Assembly: GCF_002087085.1 (NCBI RefSeq)
Contig: NZ_MWQY01000017.1
Coordinates: forward strand, 1-64,000
Reading direction: 5' to 3'
Length of the DNA: 64,000 nucleotides
In this document: positions 1 through 9,372 of the stretch, in pieces
Numbering within the stretch: the first letter of the stretch is position 1
Layout of the letters: each line of letters opens with the position of its first letter
Position numbers and translations under genes: made by a program
The notes under the pieces: model-generated
Databases searched by the model: none
The model's input: only the letters and a program-made list of their open reading frames with translations
What the model was told of the DNA's origin: nothing

Positions 1-27
1 GTCTGATACTGATTTAATGCAGGGTCC

Positions 28-169
28 TCGCTGGTTTGTGAGAAATGCGGGCTAACCAGCACTATATCACCCATTTCGCTCGCATTAGCTTCATTTCAAC
101 TGTTCAGTTCTTGGAACCAGTAGCACAGACCATGACAATAGCCACGTGTGCTCCAATTGCTGGTTATAT
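28..169 (-). repeat. Partial attC-like recombination site (outer right arm and R' box missing or disrupted)
   Basis: Minus strand reads ATATAAC-CAGCAATTGGAGC, starting a few bp after the MTase stop and closely resembling the left arm of the attC at 2508-2678 (ACATAAC-CTGCAGTTGGAGC). Inner stem 124-132 (cacagacca) pairs with 32-40 (tggtttgtg), but 1-30 does not complement the outer arm. Confidence 0.6.
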
Positions 170-175
170 GCAAAT

Positions 176-1315
176 TTACTTTCTTTCAACTAAATACAAA
201 TACTCTTTTATGTGTATCGTTCTATTTCTTAGATTCCTGCTACCACGGAATGTATTGTATTTCGTCTCAATCACATCCACTTTGCCAAATTTTTTTAACA
301 TGTGAACCATGTCCTTCTTGCTAATAAAACCTTCAGAGTTGAAAGACACAATTAAGTATTTGGCCTTAATTTTTTCCAATAAATTATTGAACGTTTCTGT
401 GGCATATGCTCTTTTGTTATATAATGATCTTTTCCAATCAGTTGGTATACCAGATACTTTGCTAATATCATTTGGTTTAATATAATCAACAATAAGATTA
501 AGCATAAAATAATTTGAACCATATGGGTGTTGATTATATGGAGGATCTAAATAGGCAATATCGACTTCTTCCAAGCAATCAGAAATTATATTTGAGTCAC
601 CACAATGTATTTGATATTCACATTCATAGTTGCTAAAAACTGGGAATGGTAAATGAATATCGCCTAATATTCTAAGAAGAGCGTCAGATCCATTTCCTCC
701 AAATTGTCCGACGCCTGTTTTAGAATTTTTGTAGAACCCTTTAAATACACCAGAAGTATTCGCATGAATAGAGGCTTCAGATAACAATGGCGCTAAGAAA
801 TATGGTCTATATTTTTTCGGAACACTTTCAATATAGTGTCTTGCAGTATCTATATACTTTGCATTTCTATTAGTATAAAACACCCTTTCACCATTCTTAA
901 CATTTTCATCATCTTTAGGAGCATAAAGTTCTGAAATAAATCCATTAATAAGTTTTTCATTTTCTAGTTTAAAAACAATTTCATTATAGTAGTCTTTTAG
1001 AACTTTATCATCAATCTCGCTATGATTCGTAAGGTAACATGTATTAATTATTTCAGAGTATCTTTCAATATCATTTACAATAATCTTCTCAGCATTCTTC
1101 TTAAAATATCTAGCAACTATTCCTGATCCAGAAAAAACATCATAAAATGATAACTTATTCTTATCAAGGCGTGTTTTTATTATATTTATGCCTTCATTAA
1201 TAAATGATAATAATGAACGCTTATTCCCTATGTAAGTAATAATTTGTTCATTGAGATAAGCTTCATTCTCTTCTCTTGCTTCCTCAAAAGCATAAATTAT
1301 ATTTTCAGTTTTCAT
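176..1315 (-). CDS. D12-class N6-adenine DNA methyltransferase
   Basis: YIGNKR start motif, DVFSGSG SAM-binding motif I, YLDPPYN catalytic motif IV; AT-rich coding. Confidence 0.92.
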   Translation of the reverse strand: MKTENIIYAFEEAREENEAYLNEQIITYIGNKRSLLSFINEGINIIKTRLDKNKLSFYDVFSGSGIVARYFKKNAEKIIVNDIERYSEIINTCYLTNHSEIDDKVLKDYYNEIVFKLENEKLINGFISELYAPKDDENVKNGERVFYTNRNAKYIDTARHYIESVPKKYRPYFLAPLLSEASIHANTSGVFKGFYKNSKTGVGQFGGNGSDALLRILGDIHLPFPVFSNYECEYQIHCGDSNIISDCLEEVDIAYLDPPYNQHPYGSNYFMLNLIVDYIKPNDISKVSGIPTDWKRSLYNKRAYATETFNNLLEKIKAKYLIVSFNSEGFISKKDMVHMLKKFGKVDVIETKYNTFRGSRNLRNRTIHIKEYLYLVERK

Positions 1316-1326
1316 TGTATCGCCGT

Positions 1327-2496
1327 TTATCCTTTGAAAATATTATCCCTGTGGTGTTTTAAGTATGATCTCATCCTATCGTTAACAACTAATCCAATTC
1401 GGCTATTGCTATTAGTAATTATATCTTTAATTATTGATTTTGATAAGACAGGGTCACTTGATAGGAGAATATTCCCATTATCATTTATAGCTATATATCC
1501 TTTATCAAATAAAGCATCATGCGCTGAACACAATGTGAGAACATTATCGAGATCTAATCGTCCTTCGCCGGTCCTCCATGGTTTTATATGGCTACAAATC
1601 AATAAGTTAGTTTCATCTACTTCACAAAGTAGACAACGGGAACTATCACGCTCTAGTGCAAGATTTCTAAGGCTACTCGTATTAAGTCTTGAATTTGTAA
1701 TTACTTTTATAGTCGTATCTCTACCTTCAAGGTTGTACTGTTCGATATTAATTTGACTGATTATTTCAGTTAAAGACTGTGCCTGAATGTCTATTTGCCT
1801 AAAAATATCATTCTCTATAACAAGATAAATAAAATCTGAATCATTATCACCAAGAATGTTTCTATCAAAAAAATACTCATACTCTAAAATCACTTCATTT
1901 ACATGGTTAAGATGTTCATTGTAAATTGGGAAAATGATATTCGGAACATATTCTATAAAATTTGGAGTATTTACCAACTCATAAATGACTCGATTATTTA
2001 TATTATCAATTAGAATTCTTGGGTATGTATAATATTGGTCGCTATTTGATATAAATAGTTTTTTATTCCCGAACAAACGATGTGTGGATTCTTGCAGATG
2101 TCTCTTCGTACTAATATTTTTAAATACTCTGAATGCACTTGCTTCCGCCGTTTTATTTTTTATCAGCATATCAATTTCATTAAAAATATTTTCATTAGCG
2201 CACTCAACAGAAACGTTCCCACCATCAAGACTAAATGATATGTTACCAGATAAGCATTCATTATTCAGTTCTTTACCACGAAGTAAGAGTATTCTGTTTT
2301 TATCAGAATCATTTTGGATATCATACCCAAAGTAAGACAAATTCCCATCAAATCCTTGTTTGTTTGGAATATCGAATGGTGATTCACTGACTATGTATTC
2401 AGTAACATCAGAACGTTTGAAATATACCTCTCTTTTGCTACAACAATAGTAAATTAATTTTATAATGACTGTATCTTTTTCATACGTTTTTAACAC
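1327..2496 (-). CDS. HNH endonuclease (HNH_2-like C-terminus, unknown N-terminal domain); probable restriction endonuclease
   Basis: CLLC...SHIKPW...NVLTLCSAHDALFDKGYI; GTG start with GGAG RBS; 11 bp upstream of the MTase. Confidence 0.8.
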   Translation of the reverse strand: MLKTYEKDTVIIKLIYYCCSKREVYFKRSDVTEYIVSESPFDIPNKQGFDGNLSYFGYDIQNDSDKNRILLLRGKELNNECLSGNISFSLDGGNVSVECANENIFNEIDMLIKNKTAEASAFRVFKNISTKRHLQESTHRLFGNKKLFISNSDQYYTYPRILIDNINNRVIYELVNTPNFIEYVPNIIFPIYNEHLNHVNEVILEYEYFFDRNILGDNDSDFIYLVIENDIFRQIDIQAQSLTEIISQINIEQYNLEGRDTTIKVITNSRLNTSSLRNLALERDSSRCLLCEVDETNLLICSHIKPWRTGEGRLDLDNVLTLCSAHDALFDKGYIAINDNGNILLSSDPVLSKSIIKDIITNSNSRIGLVVNDRMRSYLKHHRDNIFKG

Positions 2497-2507
2497 ATAT
2501 TACTCCA

Positions 2508-2678
2508 TTGTAACACCCAGTTGAGCTGCAAACCGTTAAGCTGGCGCAGTTTGTGCTGTATTGTTACTTCATTATACAACGATTTCAGCACGGAATCACT
2601 TCAATTCTATCTCTCATATCTAACCTTAACTGCACAAACTGTGACAGTAGGTTTGACTGCTCCAACTGCAGGTTATGT
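2508..2678 (-). repeat. attC-like integron cassette recombination site (~171 bp)
   Basis: Minus strand: R'' ACATAAC ... R' GTTACAA. CAGTTGGAGC pairs with GCTCAACTG with one extrahelical G. CAAACC/GGTTTG and CAGTTTGTGC/GCACAAACTG form inner stems. Lies between two co-oriented AT-rich genes. Confidence 0.85.
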
Positions 2679-2739
2679 TTGCACTTAACACTCTTACCTT
2701 CTATTTATAAATACTTTCTTATTGTAATTCAATTCCGAA

Positions 2740-3711
2740 TTATTTTTTCCAACCTGGTTCTATAATTTTTACCTTCGTGTTTTCTATCTTCATGTTCCTT
2801 TCCATTTTATTCGTAATTGACATAATTAATCCAATAACATTTTCATATGTTTCTAATAAATACTCTTGCGTAAAACAATCATTATAATATCGACTTGTAT
2901 CCCCTTTCTTAAATCTTTCTATATCCAATTCAATAGCATCAACAGGATCAATATCATTTACATACATCAATAATTTTCTTATGTCATGGGTCTTTGGATA
3001 TTGCATCTTTTGTGAAATATAGATTTTTAAACATTTTTCGACTGCCATGTGTAACTCATAAAATGCCAAAGACAATGCCATACTGTTTTTATTTTCTACA
3101 ATCAAGCTTGCTGATTTCTTTAAATGAACCATAATACTATCTTTAAGATCTTTATTCTCATTTTCTATTTTTGCAGTTAATAAATTTGCTCGTATTGTCC
3201 TAATTTCTCTGATATATTTTCTAAGCTTTTTAAGTAATTTTTGATTTTCTGATTCAGAAAGATTTACTATGTTTGGCGGATCTTGAATATATTCGATTAT
3301 ATTCTCACCTCTTTGAACTGAAGAAGGGTAAATGATCCAATAGCTGTTATCCTTATTATGTCGTGTTAATATATATGGAATCCTTACAAGAAAGAAATCA
3401 TTATATATTCTAACAACTGCATGTCCAAAATCTGATGGACGCTCCTTCAACAACCTTTTTCCATATCTCCTACGGTACCATTCAAGTACATTTTGATAGA
3501 TATACTTAAACCATATTGAGTTCTCAAAGTCTTGCTTATCTGATATGACACTATCACCTTTCTTAATTGTTATATAGTTTTCTATTAATGCATAAGTAGC
3601 ATAGTACGGTCTCACAGACATTGGCTTTGATTCTTTAAAGTAATCATCAATATCATTCAATGTATAACTTATTATTTTTATAAAGTCATCTTCTATTATC
3701 TCTTCCTTCAT
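2740..3711 (-). CDS. HEPN domain-containing protein (C-terminal HEPN, unknown N-terminus)
   Basis: LHMAVEKCLK...PKTHDIRKLL...SRY matches the HEPN AxEKxLK/THDL/RY pattern. Confidence 0.75.
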   Translation of the reverse strand: MKEEIIEDDFIKIISYTLNDIDDYFKESKPMSVRPYYATYALIENYITIKKGDSVISDKQDFENSIWFKYIYQNVLEWYRRRYGKRLLKERPSDFGHAVVRIYNDFFLVRIPYILTRHNKDNSYWIIYPSSVQRGENIIEYIQDPPNIVNLSESENQKLLKKLRKYIREIRTIRANLLTAKIENENKDLKDSIMVHLKKSASLIVENKNSMALSLAFYELHMAVEKCLKIYISQKMQYPKTHDIRKLLMYVNDIDPVDAIELDIERFKKGDTSRYYNDCFTQEYLLETYENVIGLIMSITNKMERNMKIENTKVKIIEPGWKK

Positions 3712-3747
3712 CCTACTTCACAACCACTGACCATGCAATTTTCTTAA

Positions 3748-3775
3748 ATCTTAATCTTTCTACCCCTTGTGTCAA
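3748..3775 (-). promoter_or_regulatory. sigma70-type promoter inside the HEPN cassette
   Basis: Minus strand TTGACA (3775-3770), N16, TAAGAT (3753-3748), ~37 bp upstream of the ATG at 3711. Confidence 0.6.
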
Positions 3776-3814
3776 CATAACATATTATAATCACCGCTTT
3801 TCCATACAACTAAC
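3775..3814 (-). other. Cassette 5' junction (G|TTATGT core site); possible attI-like or secondary insertion site
   Basis: GTTATGT at 3781-3775 is the exact complement of R'' (ACATAAC) of the attC closing this cassette. A second GTT box (GTTAGTT) lies at 3814-3808. Confidence 0.55.
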
Positions 3815-4363
3815 GTGAGAGAACAATCTTATGGCAAAACTCTTGAACGGCCACCTTCGCTTCACCAGTAAGGCATGAAACACTCATCCTGTCCAAAAGA
3901 TAAAGACCCATAATATGATATTTAGCACTACCGTACCTGTATCAACCGTTGTCGGTATGCTGCGCGCTAAGAGAAGTTGGGCCGGGGTATTTTATTGAAG
4001 ATCATACAAAAGTGGCAGCTGCAACAATAGTTATCTTTACATTTTAAAACGAAATCCCAATTCGTCAACCTCTAATTCTATTAAAATGTAAATTCCTTCA
4101 ATGTTTTGTACTATCTATGACGTTGTGCATAGGTAGTATTATTCAGCGGGTGGTTTCCTATACGAAAAAGGTATAATGGCCCCAGGCGATTCAAACAAGT
4201 CTCTCTTATTTTTATGATTTTTATACTCATACAAGGTCAAAGAATCATACCGTTATTATTCAAAAAGGGTCCCGCCTTCATGATCCTTGTGATAATCCCC
4301 AATGAAGATTAAAGGACAACAGGGAAAGAAGTACATAAAAAGAGACCTCATCAAAAAATCCGG

Positions 4364-4391
4364 TTGACATCTGACCTAATCCATATAAAAT
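4364..4391 (+). promoter_or_regulatory. sigma70-type promoter
   Basis: TTGACA-N16-TAAAAT just upstream of the ORF at 4405. Confidence 0.6.
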
Positions 4392-4404
4392 ATCTAAAAT
4401 TTAA

Positions 4405-5751
4405 ATGGGGTTCATAATGTTTAAAATAATAGAGTTAATAGAGAAATATAAACTAAGAATCTTTATAAGTTTGACATTAGTGTATGTTATGAGTTCTGCC
4501 GCCATAGTCAGGATCCCGGAAGTCAGCATCCAACATATAATATTTATTGCTGCTCCCACCGTGCTGTTCTCCCTGGTTCATTATATTGCAGGGATTACCG
4601 TGGGCCTTATATCCGCTGTAATCGTACTTGTCAGCTATTTTGAACAGCAAACAGTGGTTTTGACGGTAAATACCTATGTTCTGTATGGAGTAGGGGTCAT
4701 TATTAACACCTTTATGTCCTATCTTGTAGGGGCCTTGAAGGACGCGTATCTGCAGAATAAAAAGGCCTTCCAGGCGGTGGAGCAGTCAAAGGCGAAATAT
4801 CAGCATGTTGTCGACAACATTAAAGAAGGCATGGTCATCGTCGATACCGATGGATCGGTGATCTTCATGAACCGTTCGGCTTCGAACATGCTCAACCTGT
4901 CGATTAATAATCTTGGATTCAGCTTTCTCGACCTCTTTAAAATCAGCATACCCTTTGATGAAAAAAGTGGTATCGATGAGAGCGGGTTTGGATCGGTTAC
5001 AGAGTATGTCCTCGAATATGATAATCCGGAACTTGGTACACGGCAGATTGCGATTGCAGAAACGCCGTATGTAAGCCGGGAAGGGCGGATTTCCGGCAAT
5101 CTGAAATTCCTGCAGGACGTCACCGATACAAAGGAGAAGGAACTCACCATTGAACTTCTTAAAAAAAGAAATGAATACCTTTTTTCGGAGATGTACGACC
5201 GCATCGGCAATAATCTGACCACGATACATTCATACATAAATTTGTATCTTGGGAATGATGAGATACAGCTGTCGGAAGGATTGGACAAGGTGGATGATTT
5301 TATCCACACCATGGCGTTTATGAATTCCGAATTCCATAGAAATTTCCGGCAGCAGACAGTCAATCTTGAAAAATGCATACGCAAGATTGTCCATGATCTG
5401 TCGGAGAAGTATTATTACAGCCTGAACAACATTCGCATGGATCTGCTCCCCCGGGACATTCACCTGAATATCGCTATTCCCTTCAGCATTTTGCTTACTC
5501 TCATTGTTGCCACAATTTTTCTGATGCACAGGGATGAAATCATAAAACCCCAGGTTTCAATAAACACGAAGGAGAAGGATGGAAAAACCGTAATCATTTT
5601 TAGCGTAAACACAAAGGATTTCTTCGTAAACTTGAGAAAAAGCGATACCCGCAGGACTGAAAAAGATATTCTCTCTGCCCTGCTTATGCAGATACAGGGG
5701 AGAATTTCCATCCTGCCGAAGGCCGGCAACTCCATAAAGCTGGAGTTCTGA
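4405..5751 (+). CDS. Membrane PAS-domain protein with degenerate HisKA_2/HATPase region (probable pseudo histidine kinase)
   Basis: N-terminal TM helices; PAS (VVDNIKEGMVIVDTDGSVIFMNRSA); H-box-like EMYDRIGNNL lacks His; no N box or DxGxG. Confidence 0.65.
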   Translation: MGFIMFKIIELIEKYKLRIFISLTLVYVMSSAAIVRIPEVSIQHIIFIAAPTVLFSLVHYIAGITVGLISAVIVLVSYFEQQTVVLTVNTYVLYGVGVIINTFMSYLVGALKDAYLQNKKAFQAVEQSKAKYQHVVDNIKEGMVIVDTDGSVIFMNRSASNMLNLSINNLGFSFLDLFKISIPFDEKSGIDESGFGSVTEYVLEYDNPELGTRQIAIAETPYVSREGRISGNLKFLQDVTDTKEKELTIELLKKRNEYLFSEMYDRIGNNLTTIHSYINLYLGNDEIQLSEGLDKVDDFIHTMAFMNSEFHRNFRQQTVNLEKCIRKIVHDLSEKYYYSLNNIRMDLLPRDIHLNIAIPFSILLTLIVATIFLMHRDEIIKPQVSINTKEKDGKTVIIFSVNTKDFFVNLRKSDTRRTEKDILSALLMQIQGRISILPKAGNSIKLEF

Positions 5752-5769
5752 TTTTACCGGAACGCAGTC

Positions 5770-6210
5770 TCAATAATTATAGAAGATCTCTACACGATGG
5801 TCAGAGAATTTCTTGCTCCGCAGCCTGTCCAGAAGAGAGCGGGTGAACCCTCCCAGCTCATATTGATCAATCTCTTCAAGCTCTGCCCAGGCATATTCCT
5901 GTGCCTCATCGTTAAGGATTACCGCTGAACCTTCCGTTCTGCAGAGGTAATCGATAAAGATAAAATGTTTCGGTTCATGGAAGGTATCGCTGAAGATGCT
6001 TTCCTTGATTCCCAGGAGTTCCGCGGAATAGATCCGGAGGCCTGTTTCTTCCTGAATTTCACGCCGGAGGGCATCTTCCATTTTCTCACCCAGCTCTATG
6101 TGCCCTCCGGGAATGACCCATTTGTTTTCCCATTTATGGGATTTACAGAGCAGGACTTTTCCTGCCGGGTTCAGAATTACAGCGCCGACAGTTGGTTCGG
6201 GATAGCTCAT
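5770..6210 (-). CDS. NUDIX hydrolase
   Basis: Nudix box GGHIELGEKMEDALRREIQEETGL. Confidence 0.92.
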   Translation of the reverse strand: MSYPEPTVGAVILNPAGKVLLCKSHKWENKWVIPGGHIELGEKMEDALRREIQEETGLRIYSAELLGIKESIFSDTFHEPKHFIFIDYLCRTEGSAVILNDEAQEYAWAELEEIDQYELGGFTRSLLDRLRSKKFSDHRVEIFYNY

Positions 6211-6315
6211 ATACAGAGAATACTATCAGAGAGCTGAAGCTTGATGGAAGATCGAGATTCGACAATTTTGCCGGTGTATGAGATTGACGGCTTGTAATTG
6301 TTCAGGGAACAGTTT

Positions 6316-9300
6316 TCATGATTTCTTTCCTATCATCGTCAGCACCACAGGCAGGATGGCCAGCGTAATGAAGGTCCCGAAGATCAGACCATAAGCGATG
6401 GATATGCCGATCGGAACGAGCATCTGTCCGCCCACGCTTTTTTGAAAGATCAGCGGAGACAGACCGACCGCCGTAGTGATGGTGGTCATAATGATCGGCC
6501 TGAAGCGCTGCAGGGCGGCCTCCCTGATTGCAGCGACGCGGGGCATCCCCGAGTTCAGTTTTTTGTTGAAGCAGTCGATCAGCACGACCGAATCATTGAC
6601 GATGATCCCTGCCAGGGCGACACTTCCGAGGAAGGAGATGAAGGATACCTCGACACCCATGATCATATGGCCGTAGAGGGCCCCCAGAAAACCGAGGGGA
6701 ATCAGGGAAAGCACCAGAAGGGGTTCTGACCAGGTTTTCATCTGAAAAAGCAGCAGTGTAAACATGATCAAAAGCGCCATTGCCATGCTGAAGAGCATCG
6801 ACTTCATCATCCGGTTTACCAGTTCGGCTTGTCCCGCTTTTGAGAGACTGACTCCGTCCACCTGCGCGAGTACACGTGGCAGGATATCTTCGTTTATCTC
6901 CTTGAGCACGGTATTGAGGTCGGCGATGTTCGAATCGATACCGGCCATCACCCGTATGGAACGATAGCCGTTTTCCCTTCGGATCTGCTGGATACCCTGC
7001 CTCAGCTGAAAGTCGGCTATCTCCCTGAAGGGTACGATCCCTCCTCCAGGGGTATGTATGGGAAAGTCTTCTATCCGGCCGATGGAGTTCCGCTCGCTGA
7101 GGGGTAGACGCAGCACCACCGGTATACTGCGCCGTCCTTCCCGTACCTCGAACAGTTCACTGCCGTAAAACCCCATCCGCACCTGGTTGGCCACCGAGGA
7201 GGTATGCAGTCCCAGGGCCTGTCCCCTCCGGTTGAGGTGTATAAGAAACTCCTTCTGCCCCAGGGGCATGTCGTCGCGGATGTCCTTGACACCCTCGATT
7301 TCCCGCAGGGCCTTTTTAAACAGTTCGGCCGCTTTTTCCAGCTGTCCTTCTTCCTTTCCGAGGAAACGGAAGGAAATCGGGTCGCCTCCGAAAAAGGTAT
7401 CCTTCCCGATGATGACCGATTCGGTTTCGGGAATATCGGGAAGTGCGCGGGCAAAGGCGTTGGCGAATTCGTTGACTGAATAATCCCGTTCGTCGTTTCC
7501 GATCAGCAGCAGATAGAGTACCAGATGTGAACTGTCGCCCCAGCAGAGGTAGTCCAGGATGGCGTTTTCATGGTCCGGGTCGGATTGGGCCCATTCACGA
7601 CCGAATTCACGAGCCCGGCCCTCGAATTCCCGACCGATCCGGTTGACCACTTCGGCGTTGGTACCGGCGGGAAACTCGATCTCCGCGTAGACGTAGGGAG
7701 ATACCAGCTCGGGAAAGAAGGCCGCCTTGATATGGTTTCCCGCAACGGCACCGACCGAGATGAGAATGGCACCGGCTGCCACAGAGAGTATCAGTGCCCT
7801 GTTTTGCAGGGCGAAGTCGAGAAAGGGGGCGTATATCCGATTGATGAGAACGTCCTGGGCCCTTTCGAGACTCCTTCTGACACGGTTAGACCGGCGGGCT
7901 TCTTCGGTCAGCGCCCTGGAATGGGACAGATGAGCCGGCAGCAGGATGACCGCCTCGATTATGGAGAAGGTCAGACTCACGACCACCACTATCCCGATTT
8001 GCCGGACATATTTTCCCATGTCTCCGTAGATGAAAAAGTAGGGCGCAAAGGCGGCAATGGTGGTGGCCAGGGAGACCAGCACCGGCGGGAGTACGTCGAG
8101 GGTTCCTTCGATGGCCGCCTGCCTGCGCTCTTTTCCGAGACGTTTCCAGTGATCATAGATGCTCTCGCCGATGACGATGCCGTCGTCCACCAGTATCCCC
8201 ACGATAACTATCATGCCGAAAAGGGACATCTCGTTGATGGTCATATCCATGGTCCATTCCAGAAAGAGCAATCCCATAAAGGAGATCGGAATGCCCATGG
8301 CCACCCAGAAGGAGACCCGACTGTTCAGGAACAGACCCAGGACCAGCAGTACCAGGAGAAGTCCGCCGATGCCGGAGACCATGAGGGTGTTCAAGCGTTC
8401 GTTAAGTTCTTCCACATCACGGATTGCGACCCGGTAGCTTAAAATACCTTCGTAGCGGCTGCGGTATTCCTCCAGTTGGCGGTCCACCAGGCGGGCGATG
8501 CCGATTACATCCTCTGTATTGCTGTACATGATGTGAAAGCCGATGGCCGGCTCACCGTTCATCCTGGTATGGACGGCGTTTTCCGCCCGGCCGCGGCGGA
8601 TGGTGCAGACGTCGCCGATCCGGACAGCGCGGCCCCCGCTCACCTTGACGACTATTTTCTCCAGTTCGGGGATGCTGGTCTTTTTCTCGTAGGTACGTAT
8701 CTGGATCTGTTCGTCGGTGGTCAGGACCGAGCCTGCTGTCAGATCCAGGCTGGAAGCACGCACGGCTGTATCGATCTCGTCCAGGCTGATGGAAAAACGC
8801 TCCAGTCCGCGGGGTTTGACTTCGATGATGATCTGTTCGGAGGGAAATCCCCAGGTCAGTATCTGGGTAACCTGCCCGCTGCGAATCAGTTCTTCCCTGA
8901 ACTCTTCAGCCGCCTGTTCGAGGGCCCTAAGGTCATCAGTGCCGTACATGAAGAGCAGCATTACCCGGTTCCACTCGGTCTCATGTACGATGACGGGGCG
9001 CTCGGCCTCTTCGGGATAATCGGGCAGGGTTTCCACCGTGGAGCGGACCTTTTCCATGAGGGTGTCCATGGGGTACCAGGGGGAAGTCTCCAGGCCGAAC
9101 CAGGCCGAATTGTCCCTGGAGGTGGCCGAGATGTTGACGATTCCTTCCAGGCCCAGGAGTCCTTCCTCCAGGGGCCGGACGATGTTTTCCTCTATTTCCA
9201 GGGCGGACGCCCCGCTCCAGGTAATATGTATGCTTATATAATCGAATTCGATCTTGGGCCAAATCCGTTTCTGCAGGTTCAACAGACCGAAGGTTCCGGA

Positions 9301-9372
9301 GGCGAAGATGAGGATCATCAGCCAGTTGGTCAGGTGACGGTTATCTATGAAGTAGCTTATGAAACGTTTCAT
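6316..9372 (-). CDS. RND efflux transporter permease (AcrB/AcrD/AcrF family)
   Basis: 1018 aa; GILVDDGIV and GIIVNDSVV TM motifs; RFRPIIMTT. Confidence 0.93.
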   Translation of the reverse strand: MKRFISYFIDNRHLTNWLMILIFASGTFGLLNLQKRIWPKIEFDYISIHITWSGASALEIEENIVRPLEEGLLGLEGIVNISATSRDNSAWFGLETSPWYPMDTLMEKVRSTVETLPDYPEEAERPVIVHETEWNRVMLLFMYGTDDLRALEQAAEEFREELIRSGQVTQILTWGFPSEQIIIEVKPRGLERFSISLDEIDTAVRASSLDLTAGSVLTTDEQIQIRTYEKKTSIPELEKIVVKVSGGRAVRIGDVCTIRRGRAENAVHTRMNGEPAIGFHIMYSNTEDVIGIARLVDRQLEEYRSRYEGILSYRVAIRDVEELNERLNTLMVSGIGGLLLVLLVLGLFLNSRVSFWVAMGIPISFMGLLFLEWTMDMTINEMSLFGMIVIVGILVDDGIVIGESIYDHWKRLGKERRQAAIEGTLDVLPPVLVSLATTIAAFAPYFFIYGDMGKYVRQIGIVVVVSLTFSIIEAVILLPAHLSHSRALTEEARRSNRVRRSLERAQDVLINRIYAPFLDFALQNRALILSVAAGAILISVGAVAGNHIKAAFFPELVSPYVYAEIEFPAGTNAEVVNRIGREFEGRAREFGREWAQSDPDHENAILDYLCWGDSSHLVLYLLLIGNDERDYSVNEFANAFARALPDIPETESVIIGKDTFFGGDPISFRFLGKEEGQLEKAAELFKKALREIEGVKDIRDDMPLGQKEFLIHLNRRGQALGLHTSSVANQVRMGFYGSELFEVREGRRSIPVVLRLPLSERNSIGRIEDFPIHTPGGGIVPFREIADFQLRQGIQQIRRENGYRSIRVMAGIDSNIADLNTVLKEINEDILPRVLAQVDGVSLSKAGQAELVNRMMKSMLFSMAMALLIMFTLLLFQMKTWSEPLLVLSLIPLGFLGALYGHMIMGVEVSFISFLGSVALAGIIVNDSVVLIDCFNKKLNSGMPRVAAIREAALQRFRPIIMTTITTAVGLSPLIFQKSVGGQMLVPIGISIAYGLIFGTFITLAILPVVLTMIGKKS

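Noticed and set aside
3771..3798. Possible dif/Xer site (minus strand ...aatatg-TTATGTTGACA resembles an XerD arm)
   Set aside because: The XerC arm does not match, and the sequence is better explained as a cassette core site plus a -35 box.
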